The position numbers were made by a program, and so were the translations under genes. Positions 28,136 to 36,693 of a stretch of DNA of 64,000 nt are shown here, one piece after another (positions within the stretch are counted from its first letter, which is position 1; every line of letters starts with the position of its first letter). A model generated the notes under the pieces. It ran no database searches. It saw only the letters and a list, made by a program, of their open reading frames with translations, and had not been told where the DNA came from. The stretch lies in assembly GCA_963840575.1 (NCBI GenBank), contig CAWIZP010000010.1:137485-201484 (forward strand), in the 5' to 3' direction. Origin of the DNA: an uncultured Acidobacteriota bacterium (GTDB taxonomy: Bacteria; Acidobacteriota; Terriglobia; Terriglobales; Acidobacteriaceae).

Positions 28136-29168
28136 TCCTTGCGGGCAGAGGATTGCCGCCGCCCAGCAGCAAATAAAGAATCGCTTTTTGTACGTGCAGG
28201 CGATTTTCCGCCTGCTCGAAAATCAAAGACCGTTCCGAGTCCATCACCGCATCCGTCACTTCCTGTCCGCGATGCGCAGGCAGGCAGTGCATGAACACCG
28301 CGTGCGGAGCGGCTTCCGCCATCAGTTCCGAATTCACTTGATACGGAGGAAAAATTCGCGCCCGCTCACTCTCTTGTTTTTCCTGCCCCATGCTGGTCCA
28401 GGCGTCGGTGTAAATCGCGTGAGCTCCAGCCACGGCCTCGTGTGGATCGGACAACAGGCAAATCTCGGCTCCAGTGTTTTCAGCGATCTCGCGCGCATCG
28501 GCAACGATCCGTGGATCAGGCCCATATCCCGCCGGAGTCGCCACCCGAATCGACGAGCCCAGGCACGCGCACGTTAGCAACAATGAATGCGCCACATTGT
28601 TTCCGTCACCGACGTAGGCCAGGCAGCGGTTCTTCAAATCTCCAAAACGCTCCCGCAGCGTCATGTAGTCAGCTAGCGCCTGGCACGGATGCTCCAAATC
28701 GCTGAGCGCGTTAATTACCGGAACCGAGGCGTAGCGTGCCATCTTGTGGATGGTTTCCTGCGAGTATGTACGTAGAACGATAAGATCCACCCAACGCTCC
28801 AGGTTGTGCGCCACATCGCTCAGCTTTTCGCGCGCATCGATTCGTTCGTGAGTCTGGTCTACAAACATCGCAGTGCCACCGAGGCTCACCATCCCGGCCT
28901 CGAACGTCAGGCGAGTCCGCAGCGAAGGCTTTTCGAAGAACATCACAATTTGTCGGCCTGCGAGGGCTCGACGAAAATCAGCAGGACGCGACTTCATGAT
29001 CGTCGCGAGATCCAAAACAGCGCGAACCCCCGCGGATCCTAGGTCGCGAGTTGAGACCAGGTCGGGACACCAGAACCCTTGCGGGGTTCGGTCCGGAGCA
29101 GTCGCCATCCGGCCCCGTATACGACTATTCAATTTCGATTCCTTGCTGGTAACAGCCGGCGAACTCAT
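28122..29168 (-). CDS. argF: ornithine carbamoyltransferase
   Basis: SLRTRLTFE, HPCQALAD and HCLPAHRG motifs. ATG 29168 forms an ATGA overlap with the argB stop. Confidence 0.93.
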   Translation of the reverse strand: MSSPAVTSKESKLNSRIRGRMATAPDRTPQGFWCPDLVSTRDLGSAGVRAVLDLATIMKSRPADFRRALAGRQIVMFFEKPSLRTRLTFEAGMVSLGGTAMFVDQTHERIDAREKLSDVAHNLERWVDLIVLRTYSQETIHKMARYASVPVINALSDLEHPCQALADYMTLRERFGDLKNRCLAYVGDGNNVAHSLLLTCACLGSSIRVATPAGYGPDPRIVADAREIAENTGAEICLLSDPHEAVAGAHAIYTDAWTSMGQEKQESERARIFPPYQVNSELMAEAAPHAVFMHCLPAHRGQEVTDAVMDSERSLIFEQAENRLHVQKAILYLLLGGGNPLPARSVHA

Positions 29169-29950
29169 GAACAGGTAACCTCCGTTCCACACGACAACTT
29201 GGTGAGATAAAACTGCGGCAACATTTCTACTTCGGTTGCGGGCAGAATCCTCACTCGTCCTACGCCTTGCTTCAGCGCCAGCCCGCAGGCCTGTAACTTC
29301 GGCAGCATGCCGCCGCTGATGATCGATCCGGCCGCGAGTTCAGCTGCCTGCTCCGTGCTCAGCCGCGGCATCACGCAGCCCGACGCATCTTTCACTCCGG
29401 GCACGTCAGTAAGAAAAATCAAAGTGTTGGCATGGCAAGCCGCAGCGCACGATGCCGCCATTTCATCGGCGTTGACGTTGTAGTATTCACCATCAGCGCC
29501 CAGCGCGAGTGACGCCAGCACCGGTATTCCTCCCTGTTGCCACAGGGCTTCGATCCAGCATGGTTCTGCGAAACAGATCTCGCCCACAAATCCCAAATCA
29601 CGGCTCTGAACAAATTTCTTTCGTGCACGGAACGTCATCCCGTCCCCGCCGCAGAAACCAATCGCCGGCATCCCCGCGGCCTGAATCGCCGCCACCAGTT
29701 TCTTGTTAATAACCCCAGCCAACACCATCAGCGCCGCGTCTCGAGTTTCCGCGTCGGTCACGCGTAACCCGTCCACAAATTCGCTTTTCTTCCCCAACCT
29801 ATCGAGCATGCGAGTCAACGCACTGCCTCCGCCATGAACCACCGCTACACGATGCCCATCCTGCGCCAGCTCCGCGACGGACTTCGCACACTTGCGCAGC
29901 GTTACCGCATCTTCAATCGCCGCGCCGCCAATCTTCACCACAATCGTCAC
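29165..29950 (-). CDS. argB: acetylglutamate kinase
   Basis: GTG at 29950 overlaps the argC stop (GTGA). VVKIGGAA and VVHGGG motifs. Confidence 0.93.
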   Translation of the reverse strand: MTIVVKIGGAAIEDAVTLRKCAKSVAELAQDGHRVAVVHGGGSALTRMLDRLGKKSEFVDGLRVTDAETRDAALMVLAGVINKKLVAAIQAAGMPAIGFCGGDGMTFRARKKFVQSRDLGFVGEICFAEPCWIEALWQQGGIPVLASLALGADGEYYNVNADEMAASCAAACHANTLIFLTDVPGVKDASGCVMPRLSTEQAAELAAGSIISGGMLPKLQACGLALKQGVGRVRILPATEVEMLPQFYLTKLSCGTEVTCS

Positions 29951-30999
29951 TGCAAACCCTCCTGCTCCTCCCACCCATACATCAGGTTCATGTTCTGCAC
30001 GGCCTGTCCTGCCGCGCCTTTCAGCAAATTGTCCACGCAAGAAATGAGCACCAGCCGCCGACCATCCTCCGCCAGGCAAAATCCGAGGTCGCAATAGTTT
30101 GTGTGCAGCGAAAACTGTAACTGTGGCAAATTTGGAGTCGCAAACACTCGCACCCAATGCTTACCGGAATAAAAATCGCGCAGACAGGATTCAACTTCCG
30201 CAGCCTTCATCGCTCGATTCAAACGCAAGTAGATAGTCGAGAGAATCCCGCGCGGAATCGGCAGCAGATGCGGCGTGAAAATCAGTTCCGTGTCGCCCAA
30301 CCGCAGCTGCTCGACCATCTCTCCCAGATGCCGGTGTTCGAACACCGAGTAAGCGGAGAGATTGTCCGCCACAGAAACGAAATGGGTTCGTGGCGTGGGC
30401 TCCTTACCCGCTCCCGACACTCCCGACTTCGAATCCGAAATAATTCCGTGCTCTCGATCGACCAGGCCGGCCTTTAGCAGCGGCGCCAACGCCAGGATCA
30501 CCGAAGTGGCATAGCAACCGGGATTCGCCACCAACTGAGCCTTCGCGATGGAATCGCTGTTCAACTCGGGCAGTCCATACACGGCTTTTGCCGTTAATTC
30601 CGCGGCAGTGGCGGCATCCGGATCTTGAAACGAATAGATCGCGCGATGCTGCGCTTGCTTGAGCCTCCACGCGCCACTCAAATCAATTACTCGGAAACTC
30701 TGAGCTATCGCCTCAGGTACAACTGACCGCGACGCTTCATGCGGAGTAGCCAGAAAAAGTAGCTGCACGCCTTGCCGTTTCAGTTCCGGCCACGATAGCG
30801 TCCGCAACGGATACCCGCCATTGCCCGACAACCCCGGAAATACTTCGGCCAAGTCTTTCGCTCCGTTGCTTCCGTCCTCGCGCCGCAACAAAACAGGCTT
30901 CTCCAGTCGCGGATGCCGTTCCAGAATGCGCGTCAGCTCCAGCCCGGAATAGCCGCTTGCCCCCAGCACTGCGGTCTTTAACTTTAGCTTCACACCCAT
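29947..30999 (-). CDS. argC: N-acetyl-gamma-glutamyl-phosphate reductase
   Basis: GASGYSGLEL and NPGCYATS motifs. Confidence 0.95.
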   Translation of the reverse strand: MGVKLKLKTAVLGASGYSGLELTRILERHPRLEKPVLLRREDGSNGAKDLAEVFPGLSGNGGYPLRTLSWPELKRQGVQLLFLATPHEASRSVVPEAIAQSFRVIDLSGAWRLKQAQHRAIYSFQDPDAATAAELTAKAVYGLPELNSDSIAKAQLVANPGCYATSVILALAPLLKAGLVDREHGIISDSKSGVSGAGKEPTPRTHFVSVADNLSAYSVFEHRHLGEMVEQLRLGDTELIFTPHLLPIPRGILSTIYLRLNRAMKAAEVESCLRDFYSGKHWVRVFATPNLPQLQFSLHTNYCDLGFCLAEDGRRLVLISCVDNLLKGAAGQAVQNMNLMYGWEEQEGLQ

Positions 31000-31442
31000 C
31001 AGCCGAGCATCTCCTCGATCCGCGCCGCGACCTTCTTGGCGGCATCCCTATCGGGACACACAATCAAAATCGCGTCGTCACCAGCAATCGTCCCCACCAC
31101 TTCCTCCCATTCCTGCTCGTCCAGCGCCGCTGCTACCGGCTGCGCGCTGCCAATAATGGTTTTCACTACCAGCAGGTTCTGCGCCGGGCGCACATCCAGC
31201 ACAAACTCGCGAACCAACCGCTGCACCGGGGGCAAAGCTAAACCCGCTGCGCCTTCCCCTTGCGGCAGCGTGTAGCCAGCCGCCGTCTTGCTCAAATTCA
31301 GATCGCGTATATCCCGCGACAGCGTCGCCTGCCCCACCCTGAATCCCCGCTTGCGCAAAGCTCGCTGCAAGTCTTCCTGATTGCCGATGGGCCCATGCCG
31401 CAACGTATCCAAAACGGCTCTTTGCCGCAGCGCTTTATTCAT
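30999..31442 (-). CDS. argR: arginine repressor
   Basis: Winged-helix segment QEDLQRALRKRGFRVGQATLSRDIRDLNL and a C-terminal oligomerisation domain (GTIAGDDAILIV). The stop overlaps the argC ATG by 1 nt. Confidence 0.93.
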   Translation of the reverse strand: MNKALRQRAVLDTLRHGPIGNQEDLQRALRKRGFRVGQATLSRDIRDLNLSKTAAGYTLPQGEGAAGLALPPVQRLVREFVLDVRPAQNLLVVKTIIGSAQPVAAALDEQEWEEVVGTIAGDDAILIVCPDRDAAKKVAARIEEMLG

Positions 31443-31444
31443 CG

Positions 31445-31478
31445 TGCATATTTATTCACAATGTTGAATAAATATTCT
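31445..31478 (-). promoter_or_regulatory. two adjacent ARG boxes (ArgR operator) abutting the argR start
   Basis: TGCATATTTATTCA (31445-31458) and TGAATAAATATTCT (31465-31478). Each fits TGAAT-W4-ATTCA with one mismatch. Centres are 20 bp apart. Confidence 0.7.
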
Positions 31479-31631
31479 TCATCTTACAGGCCACGCGTCC
31501 GCTGTCAAGAAAAATCTCCCGGAATACCATTACCGTGCTTGGGCATCTTCAAATCGAGGCCCACGGCCAATCCTTGCTAGACTACTTGCGGTTCGAAGCC
31601 GCCGCGCCTCAGCCCAGGAGCACGCCGCCTC

Positions 31632-32474
31632 ATGAACAAGAAGCCCACATTGGCCGCCGAGTTGATTGCCGAATTTCTCGGAACCTTCGTCTTAATCCTC
31701 TTCGGTACAGGCGTGGTTGCCATGGTGGTGTTGTTCCCGGCAGCAACGCCGGCCGCCACCGTTCACGGCGGCTACACCAATATCACTTTGGGTTGGGGAC
31801 TCGCGGTAACCATGGGCATCTACGTCGCGGGCAAAGTTTCCGGCGGCCATCTCAACCCGGCGGTCACGCTTACCTTGGCAGTGTTCCGCGGTTTTCCCTG
31901 GCGCAAAGTGTTACCGTATTCAATCGCGCAGACGGCCGGTGCATTCTTTGCTGCTGCTCTGGTGTATCGGAACTATCTGCCGGCCTTTCGCCAGGTCGAC
32001 CCTCAACTGGAACGAACCGCAGGCGTATTCACAACTTTCCCGGCCTTTCCTGCATGGCCGCAAGCCGGGTTTCTCGATCAAGTCATCGGTACCGCTCTGC
32101 TGCTGCTGCTGATCTTGGCCATCACCGACGAGTTTAACGTCCCGCCCGGAGCCAACCTCGCGCCTCTAATGATTGGATTAGTCGTCGTCGCGATCGGCAT
32201 GAGCTTCGGAGGCATGCACGGATATCCCATCAACCCCGCACGCGATTTTGGCCCGCGCCTTTTCACTGCCATAGCTGGATTCAAAAACAATGGCCTCACC
32301 GACGATGCCAGGGTGTGGTGGATTCCGGTTGTCGCACCGCTCATCGGAGGACTCGTCGGCGCCGCAGTCTACGATTTCGGAATTCGAAGATTTCTCCGCG
32401 CTCAATTCTTGTCGTCGCAATCCTCGTTGTCGCAATCATCGTCCGGCCAATCGTCGTCCAGCAAAGCATCTTAG
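31632..32474 (+). CDS. glpF: aquaglyceroporin (MIP family, GlpF-like)
   Basis: Two NPA boxes (GGHLNPAVTL and INPARDFGPR). Ser/Gln-rich C-terminal tail. Confidence 0.92.
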   Translation: MNKKPTLAAELIAEFLGTFVLILFGTGVVAMVVLFPAATPAATVHGGYTNITLGWGLAVTMGIYVAGKVSGGHLNPAVTLTLAVFRGFPWRKVLPYSIAQTAGAFFAAALVYRNYLPAFRQVDPQLERTAGVFTTFPAFPAWPQAGFLDQVIGTALLLLLILAITDEFNVPPGANLAPLMIGLVVVAIGMSFGGMHGYPINPARDFGPRLFTAIAGFKNNGLTDDARVWWIPVVAPLIGGLVGAAVYDFGIRRFLRAQFLSSQSSLSQSSSGQSSSSKAS

Positions 32475-32504
32475 AGCCATTGCATCAAAAAATCGGAGGC
32501 CACG

Positions 32505-34022
32505 TTGCCCTACATTCTCTCTCTCGACCAAGGCACCACAAGCTCCAGAGCTCTACTGTTCGACGAACGGAGCTCCGTCCGCGGCCTGGCCCAGCGCGAG
32601 TTCACGCAGATTTTTCCCCAGCCGGGATGGGTCGAACACGATCCAGACGAAATCGCGGCGTCGCAGTTCGCCGTCGCTCTCGAAGCTCTAACCCAAGCCC
32701 ACCTCCAGCCCAGCGACGTTTCTGCGATCGGCATCACCAACCAGCGCGAAACCGCCATCGTCTGGGACCGCGCCGCCGGTAAGCCAATCTACAACGCCAT
32801 CGTCTGGCAGGATCGCCGCACCGCCGAATTCTGCCAGCATCTCAAAAACCAAGGCCACGAAGCTTTCATTCAGCAGCGCACCGGCCTATTAATCGACGCC
32901 TACTTCTCCGCCAGCAAAATTTGCTGGATCTTGGATCATGTCCCGCAAGCCCGCCAGCTTGCCCAGGCCGGACGTCTCGCCTTCGGCACCGTCGACACCT
33001 GGCTCCTCTGGAAGTTAACCGCCGGCCGCCTCCACGTCACCGATGGCAGCAATGCCTCCCGCACTATGCTCTTCAATATTCACACCGGCCGCTGGGACAA
33101 CGATCTTCTCGCACTCTTTAATATTCCCGCCTCAATGCTGCCCGACGTCCATGCCTCCAGCGAAGTCTATGGAGAAGTCAGCTCTGTCCCCGGCCTCAAC
33201 GGAATTCCGATCGCGGGCATCGCCGGAGATCAGCAGGCCGCGCTCTTCGGCCAACGATGTACCACTCCCGGCCTCACGAAAAATACTTACGGCACCGGTT
33301 GTTTCATGCTGCAGAGCACCGGCGATCGCGCCGTCGCTTCTACTCATCGCCTCATTACCACCGTGGCTTGGAAGATCGCCAACACAACCGACTATGCTCT
33401 CGAAGGCAGCGTCTTTATCGGTGGAGCTGTGGTTCAATGGCTGCGCGATGCCCTGGGTATCATTCGAACCTCGACCGATGTCGAAGCCCTCGCCAGCTCC
33501 GTCCCGGACAACGGCGGAGTTTACTTTGTCCCCGCCTTCGTGGGACTCGGCGCGCCGCATTGGGATTCCTACGCCCGTGGGGCAATCTTCGGTCTCACCC
33601 GCGGCAGCACCGCGGCGCATGTCGCCCGCGCGGCGCTAGAAAGTATCGCTTACCAGGTCGCCGATCTCATGGACGCTGTTGAAACCGACGTCGGCACACC
33701 GCTTCAGGATCTGCGTGTCGATGGCGGCGCATCCGCGAACAACGCTCTCATGCAATTTCAGGCGGACGTTCTCGGCGTTCCCGTCGTCCGTCCTGCAATG
33801 ACGGAGACCACCGCCCTCGGTGCCGCGTTTCTCGCTGGCCTCGCCACCGGCGTCTGGAAGGAAGTGCAGTCACTCTCAGACCTGTCCCACGACCAACGCC
33901 GCTTCGATCCCCGCATGCCCCGCTCTCAAGCCGAAGCTATGCGCCAGCGCTGGCGTGAAGCGGTATCCCGTTCCCGAGGCTGGGAACCTGTCCCTCATGA
34001 AAATTCCGCAGGCGCGAAATAG
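32505..34022 (+). CDS. glpK: glycerol kinase
   Basis: TTG start after [23 protein letters not shown], and FGGY-family motifs throughout. Confidence 0.95.
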   Translation: MPYILSLDQGTTSSRALLFDERSSVRGLAQREFTQIFPQPGWVEHDPDEIAASQFAVALEALTQAHLQPSDVSAIGITNQRETAIVWDRAAGKPIYNAIVWQDRRTAEFCQHLKNQGHEAFIQQRTGLLIDAYFSASKICWILDHVPQARQLAQAGRLAFGTVDTWLLWKLTAGRLHVTDGSNASRTMLFNIHTGRWDNDLLALFNIPASMLPDVHASSEVYGEVSSVPGLNGIPIAGIAGDQQAALFGQRCTTPGLTKNTYGTGCFMLQSTGDRAVASTHRLITTVAWKIANTTDYALEGSVFIGGAVVQWLRDALGIIRTSTDVEALASSVPDNGGVYFVPAFVGLGAPHWDSYARGAIFGLTRGSTAAHVARAALESIAYQVADLMDAVETDVGTPLQDLRVDGGASANNALMQFQADVLGVPVVRPAMTETTALGAAFLAGLATGVWKEVQSLSDLSHDQRRFDPRMPRSQAEAMRQRWREAVSRSRGWEPVPHENSAGAK

Positions 34023-34097
34023 CCATCAGACAAATCGAAGGCTTCCTTTTGCATGGCCGCGACATCATAAATCCGACGATCTCCGAAGGAGTCCTCA

Positions 34098-34217
34098 ATG
34101 AAAGCATTGTCTGTGGTTACGAAAGTGGCGGGCGTGGCAGCCTTGGCATTCGCCGGCTTCGTTATTCTCGCTGCGCTGCCCGATCTGCGCCGTTACATCA
34201 GAATCAGTACTATGTAA
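34098..34217 (+). CDS. unannotated 39-codon small membrane protein ending AALPDLRRYIRISTM (paralog-like of 5025-5228)
   Basis: ATG lies 6 nt after AAGGAG. Translation is MKALSVVTKVAGVAALAFAGFVILAALPDLRRYIRISTM. Below the 60-aa cutoff of the ORF track. Confidence 0.55.
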   Translation: MKALSVVTKVAGVAALAFAGFVILAALPDLRRYIRISTM

Positions 34218-34265
34218 GAGCGCAAGCGGACACACGGAAATGTGCTCCGTCGTGTCTGGCAAGCA

Positions 34266-34299
34266 AGAAGGCCCGACCATGGCTGCATGACGGCCTTCT
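34266..34299. terminator. hairpin between the convergent sORF and the HTH gene
   Basis: AGAAGGCC (34266-34273) pairs with GGCCTTCT (34292-34299). 18-nt loop and no clear T-run. Confidence 0.35.
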
Positions 34300-34388
34300 C
34301 TAAGCGGCCGCGAGCTGGCGCCGTGTCCTCTAACTTCCCCGGCCAAATCCTCGAGGGTGCAGCCTTCCTTTGCCGTCGGACGATCGCC

Positions 34389-34640
34389 TTATCCGTTGCT
34401 AACGGCAATGCCAAGGTAGTTGCTCACCACGGTCTGCGACAGGCTCAGGGCGGTCGCGATCTGAGAGACCTGCTGACCCCTATTATAGAGTTGATAAACC
34501 TGCTGGGCCTCGGTCAATTCCACCGTATACGCAGATTTGTTCGTGGTTGGCTGTGGAGTTCGAGCGGCTCCCGAAATCGAAGAAGAGTTCGCGGCGGCAA
34601 CTGATGCGGTCGATAGCGAACTGGAGACGGAAATACTCAT
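34389..34640 (-). CDS. small HTH protein (sigma-70 region-4 / LuxR-like helix-turn-helix only)
   Basis: 83 aa. Ser/Ala-rich N-terminal half, then LTEAQQVYQLYNRGQQVSQIATALSLSQTVVSNYLG. RBS GAGGAAAAGGGG upstream. Confidence 0.55.
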   Translation of the reverse strand: MSISVSSSLSTASVAAANSSSISGAARTPQPTTNKSAYTVELTEAQQVYQLYNRGQQVSQIATALSLSQTVVSNYLGIAVSNG

Positions 34641-35096
34641 AAGACCCCTTTTCCTCTGACCTAAGGAAGGATCGACGGATCACAGGAACCCTTTAGGGAA
34701 TTGGCGCCAATCATTGGACAAACGTAATGAAACACTCCGCAATCGGAACACTCTCCTAAAAGGGAAGAGTCCGTTAGGAAACCGAAGCGCCTAGAGGAAC
34801 GAAAAGGAACATGCCGATAGCACCCCTAAACGTGTCAGCATGCGACCGCTCCCATTTTCGAAACGGAGACTCGAAAAGGTCGCCACCCTATGCTGAACGC
34901 CATCAGCCAGACGTGAGCCGATTTATATCCGTCGTTGCATCGTTTGTAAGTGAATCGCCGGAGCTCTGCCGGACCACGGCCCGCTGGACCCGGCCCAGGA
35001 GTTTGCTCTACATTGATCTGAGTCACAGACTAAAGATGCCTTCGCTCCAAATAGAATGCAGCGACCCATAACCAACCACTGACCACTTGCCAGTGC

Positions 35097-35864
35097 ATGC
35101 GCGGCCTAGCCAACAAGCGAGTCCTTATCACCGGAGGTGCCAGCGGCATCGGCGCAGCCACCGCCGCGCGCTTTCTTGAAGAAGGCTCGCGCGTCTGCAT
35201 CCTCGACCGCGACGCCAAAGCGTGCGAAGCCATTCGTCAGCAAACGCCGGGAATTTTCGAGGCCATCATCGCCGACGTCACCGACCTGATGCAGGTGGAA
35301 GCCGCCCTTGCCGACGCCGTCCGTGTAATGGACGGACTCGATGTGCTCATCAACAACGCCGGCATCAGCATGCGCCACAAGTTTTTCGACATCACTCCCG
35401 AAGAATGGGACAAAGTGATCGCCATAAATCTCACCGGGGTTTTCTACGTGGCGCAGACCGCCGCGCGTTATATGTGGGATCGTTACAAGTCACAATCCGG
35501 CAGCGGAGTGATTCTGCAAACCGCCTCCACCAACGGCGTTGTCGGACAACCGTTCTACGCCGACTACAATGCGACCAAAGCGGGGGTAATCGAATTAACC
35601 AAAACCATGGCGCTCGAACTTGCGCCCAGAATTCGCGTATGTGCTGTTGCTCCGGGCTATGTGCTCACGCCCATGCAGCGCGCCGAGTACACGGATTCGA
35701 TGCTTGAGGAGGTCAACGCGAAGATTCCACTTCGCCGTCACGCGAAGCCAGAAGAGATAGCGGCTCTCTTCGCGTTTCTCGCCTCCGACGACGCAGCTTA
35801 CGCTACTGGCCAAGTCTTTACCTTGGACGGCGGCGAAACCGCTGGAGGTTTGGCTAGCCGGTGA
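35097..35864 (+). CDS. SDR family oxidoreductase
   Basis: TGGASGIGAA, NNAG and YNATKAG motifs. Confidence 0.9.
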   Translation: MRGLANKRVLITGGASGIGAATAARFLEEGSRVCILDRDAKACEAIRQQTPGIFEAIIADVTDLMQVEAALADAVRVMDGLDVLINNAGISMRHKFFDITPEEWDKVIAINLTGVFYVAQTAARYMWDRYKSQSGSGVILQTASTNGVVGQPFYADYNATKAGVIELTKTMALELAPRIRVCAVAPGYVLTPMQRAEYTDSMLEEVNAKIPLRRHAKPEEIAALFAFLASDDAAYATGQVFTLDGGETAGGLASR

Positions 35865-36658
35865 GCGCCATCGTCTTCATAGGCGGAGGACGCATCACCA
35901 GCGCCCTGGTCGCGGGACTGCATCGCGCGGAATATCGGGAGGCGATCGTGGTTCACGATCGTAACCTCAAGAAGCTACGGGCGCTCGAGCGAGATTTCGG
36001 AGTTGCGGTCGAGCCTGACCTGCAAGCTGCAGTCGCAACCGCGGACATGTTGATCATCGCTGTGCGGCCGGTCGCGGTTGCGGAAGTGCTCGACGCCGTC
36101 GCGCGCTGCGCTGGCAACTCTAACCTGCTGGCCATCAGCGTGGCCGCGGGAATTCCGCTGAAGAAATTGCGCCCGCACCTTCACCCGCGCGTCGGCTGGG
36201 CACGCGCGGCACCGAGTCCGATCTGCCGCGTCGGACGCGGTCTGACGGCGGTGACGTTTGCACGCAACCTCCCCAATCCCGCCCGTAACCGAGTGCGCGA
36301 ATTGTTTGGGCGAGTTGGCCTCGTTCTGGAGATCCCGGAGAGTCGCTTCGACGCCTTCAACGCGGCTTACTCCCCGGGCCACGGCTATCACGCGCTGGCA
36401 ACTCTGGCCAAAGTGGCGCAGGCGAGCGGTCTTGATCGCCAGACGTCTCTCACTGCCGCGGCGCATGCGTTAGCAGACGCGATCCTCTACTGGAGGGAGA
36501 GCGGACAGAAGCTCTCCAACCTTCTGCAGGAATCGGCGACCCCAGGTGGCACGACCGCCGCTACGCTGGCAGCCATGGATGCGGCCGGCTACAAAATAGC
36601 GATTGAGCGCGGTCTTAAGGCTGGCATCTGGCAAGCGCGGACGAATGCTCGCCGCTGA
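35861..36658 (+). CDS. pyrroline-5-carboxylate reductase family protein
   Basis: GTGA overlap with the SDR gene. IVFIGGGRITSALVAGL Rossmann segment and the C-terminal ATPGGTTAATL motif. Confidence 0.7.
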   Translation: MSAIVFIGGGRITSALVAGLHRAEYREAIVVHDRNLKKLRALERDFGVAVEPDLQAAVATADMLIIAVRPVAVAEVLDAVARCAGNSNLLAISVAAGIPLKKLRPHLHPRVGWARAAPSPICRVGRGLTAVTFARNLPNPARNRVRELFGRVGLVLEIPESRFDAFNAAYSPGHGYHALATLAKVAQASGLDRQTSLTAAAHALADAILYWRESGQKLSNLLQESATPGGTTAATLAAMDAAGYKIAIERGLKAGIWQARTNARR

Positions 36659-36693
36659 TCATCTAAGCTAATCTACCCACCTGACCTTCGAAG

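Noticed and set aside
27278-28294. 338-aa plus-strand ORF opposite argG. Similar long antisense ORFs lie at 14936-15739, 45023-46210, 49625-50212 and 61790-62479.
   Set aside because: Each overlaps a confidently identified gene on the other strand. None has a recognisable motif or a plausible RBS.
31535-32137. 200-aa ORF overlapping the glpF start in another frame
   Set aside because: glpF has clear NPA motifs and its own ATG at 31632. The overlapping frame is Arg/Gly/Ser-rich with no motifs.
34685-34810. Multiple GGAAC pentamers as ECF sigma -35 boxes
   Set aside because: None is followed at 16-17 nt by a CGT/GTC-type -10 element. For example, the spacing from 34806 to CGTGTC is about 20 nt.
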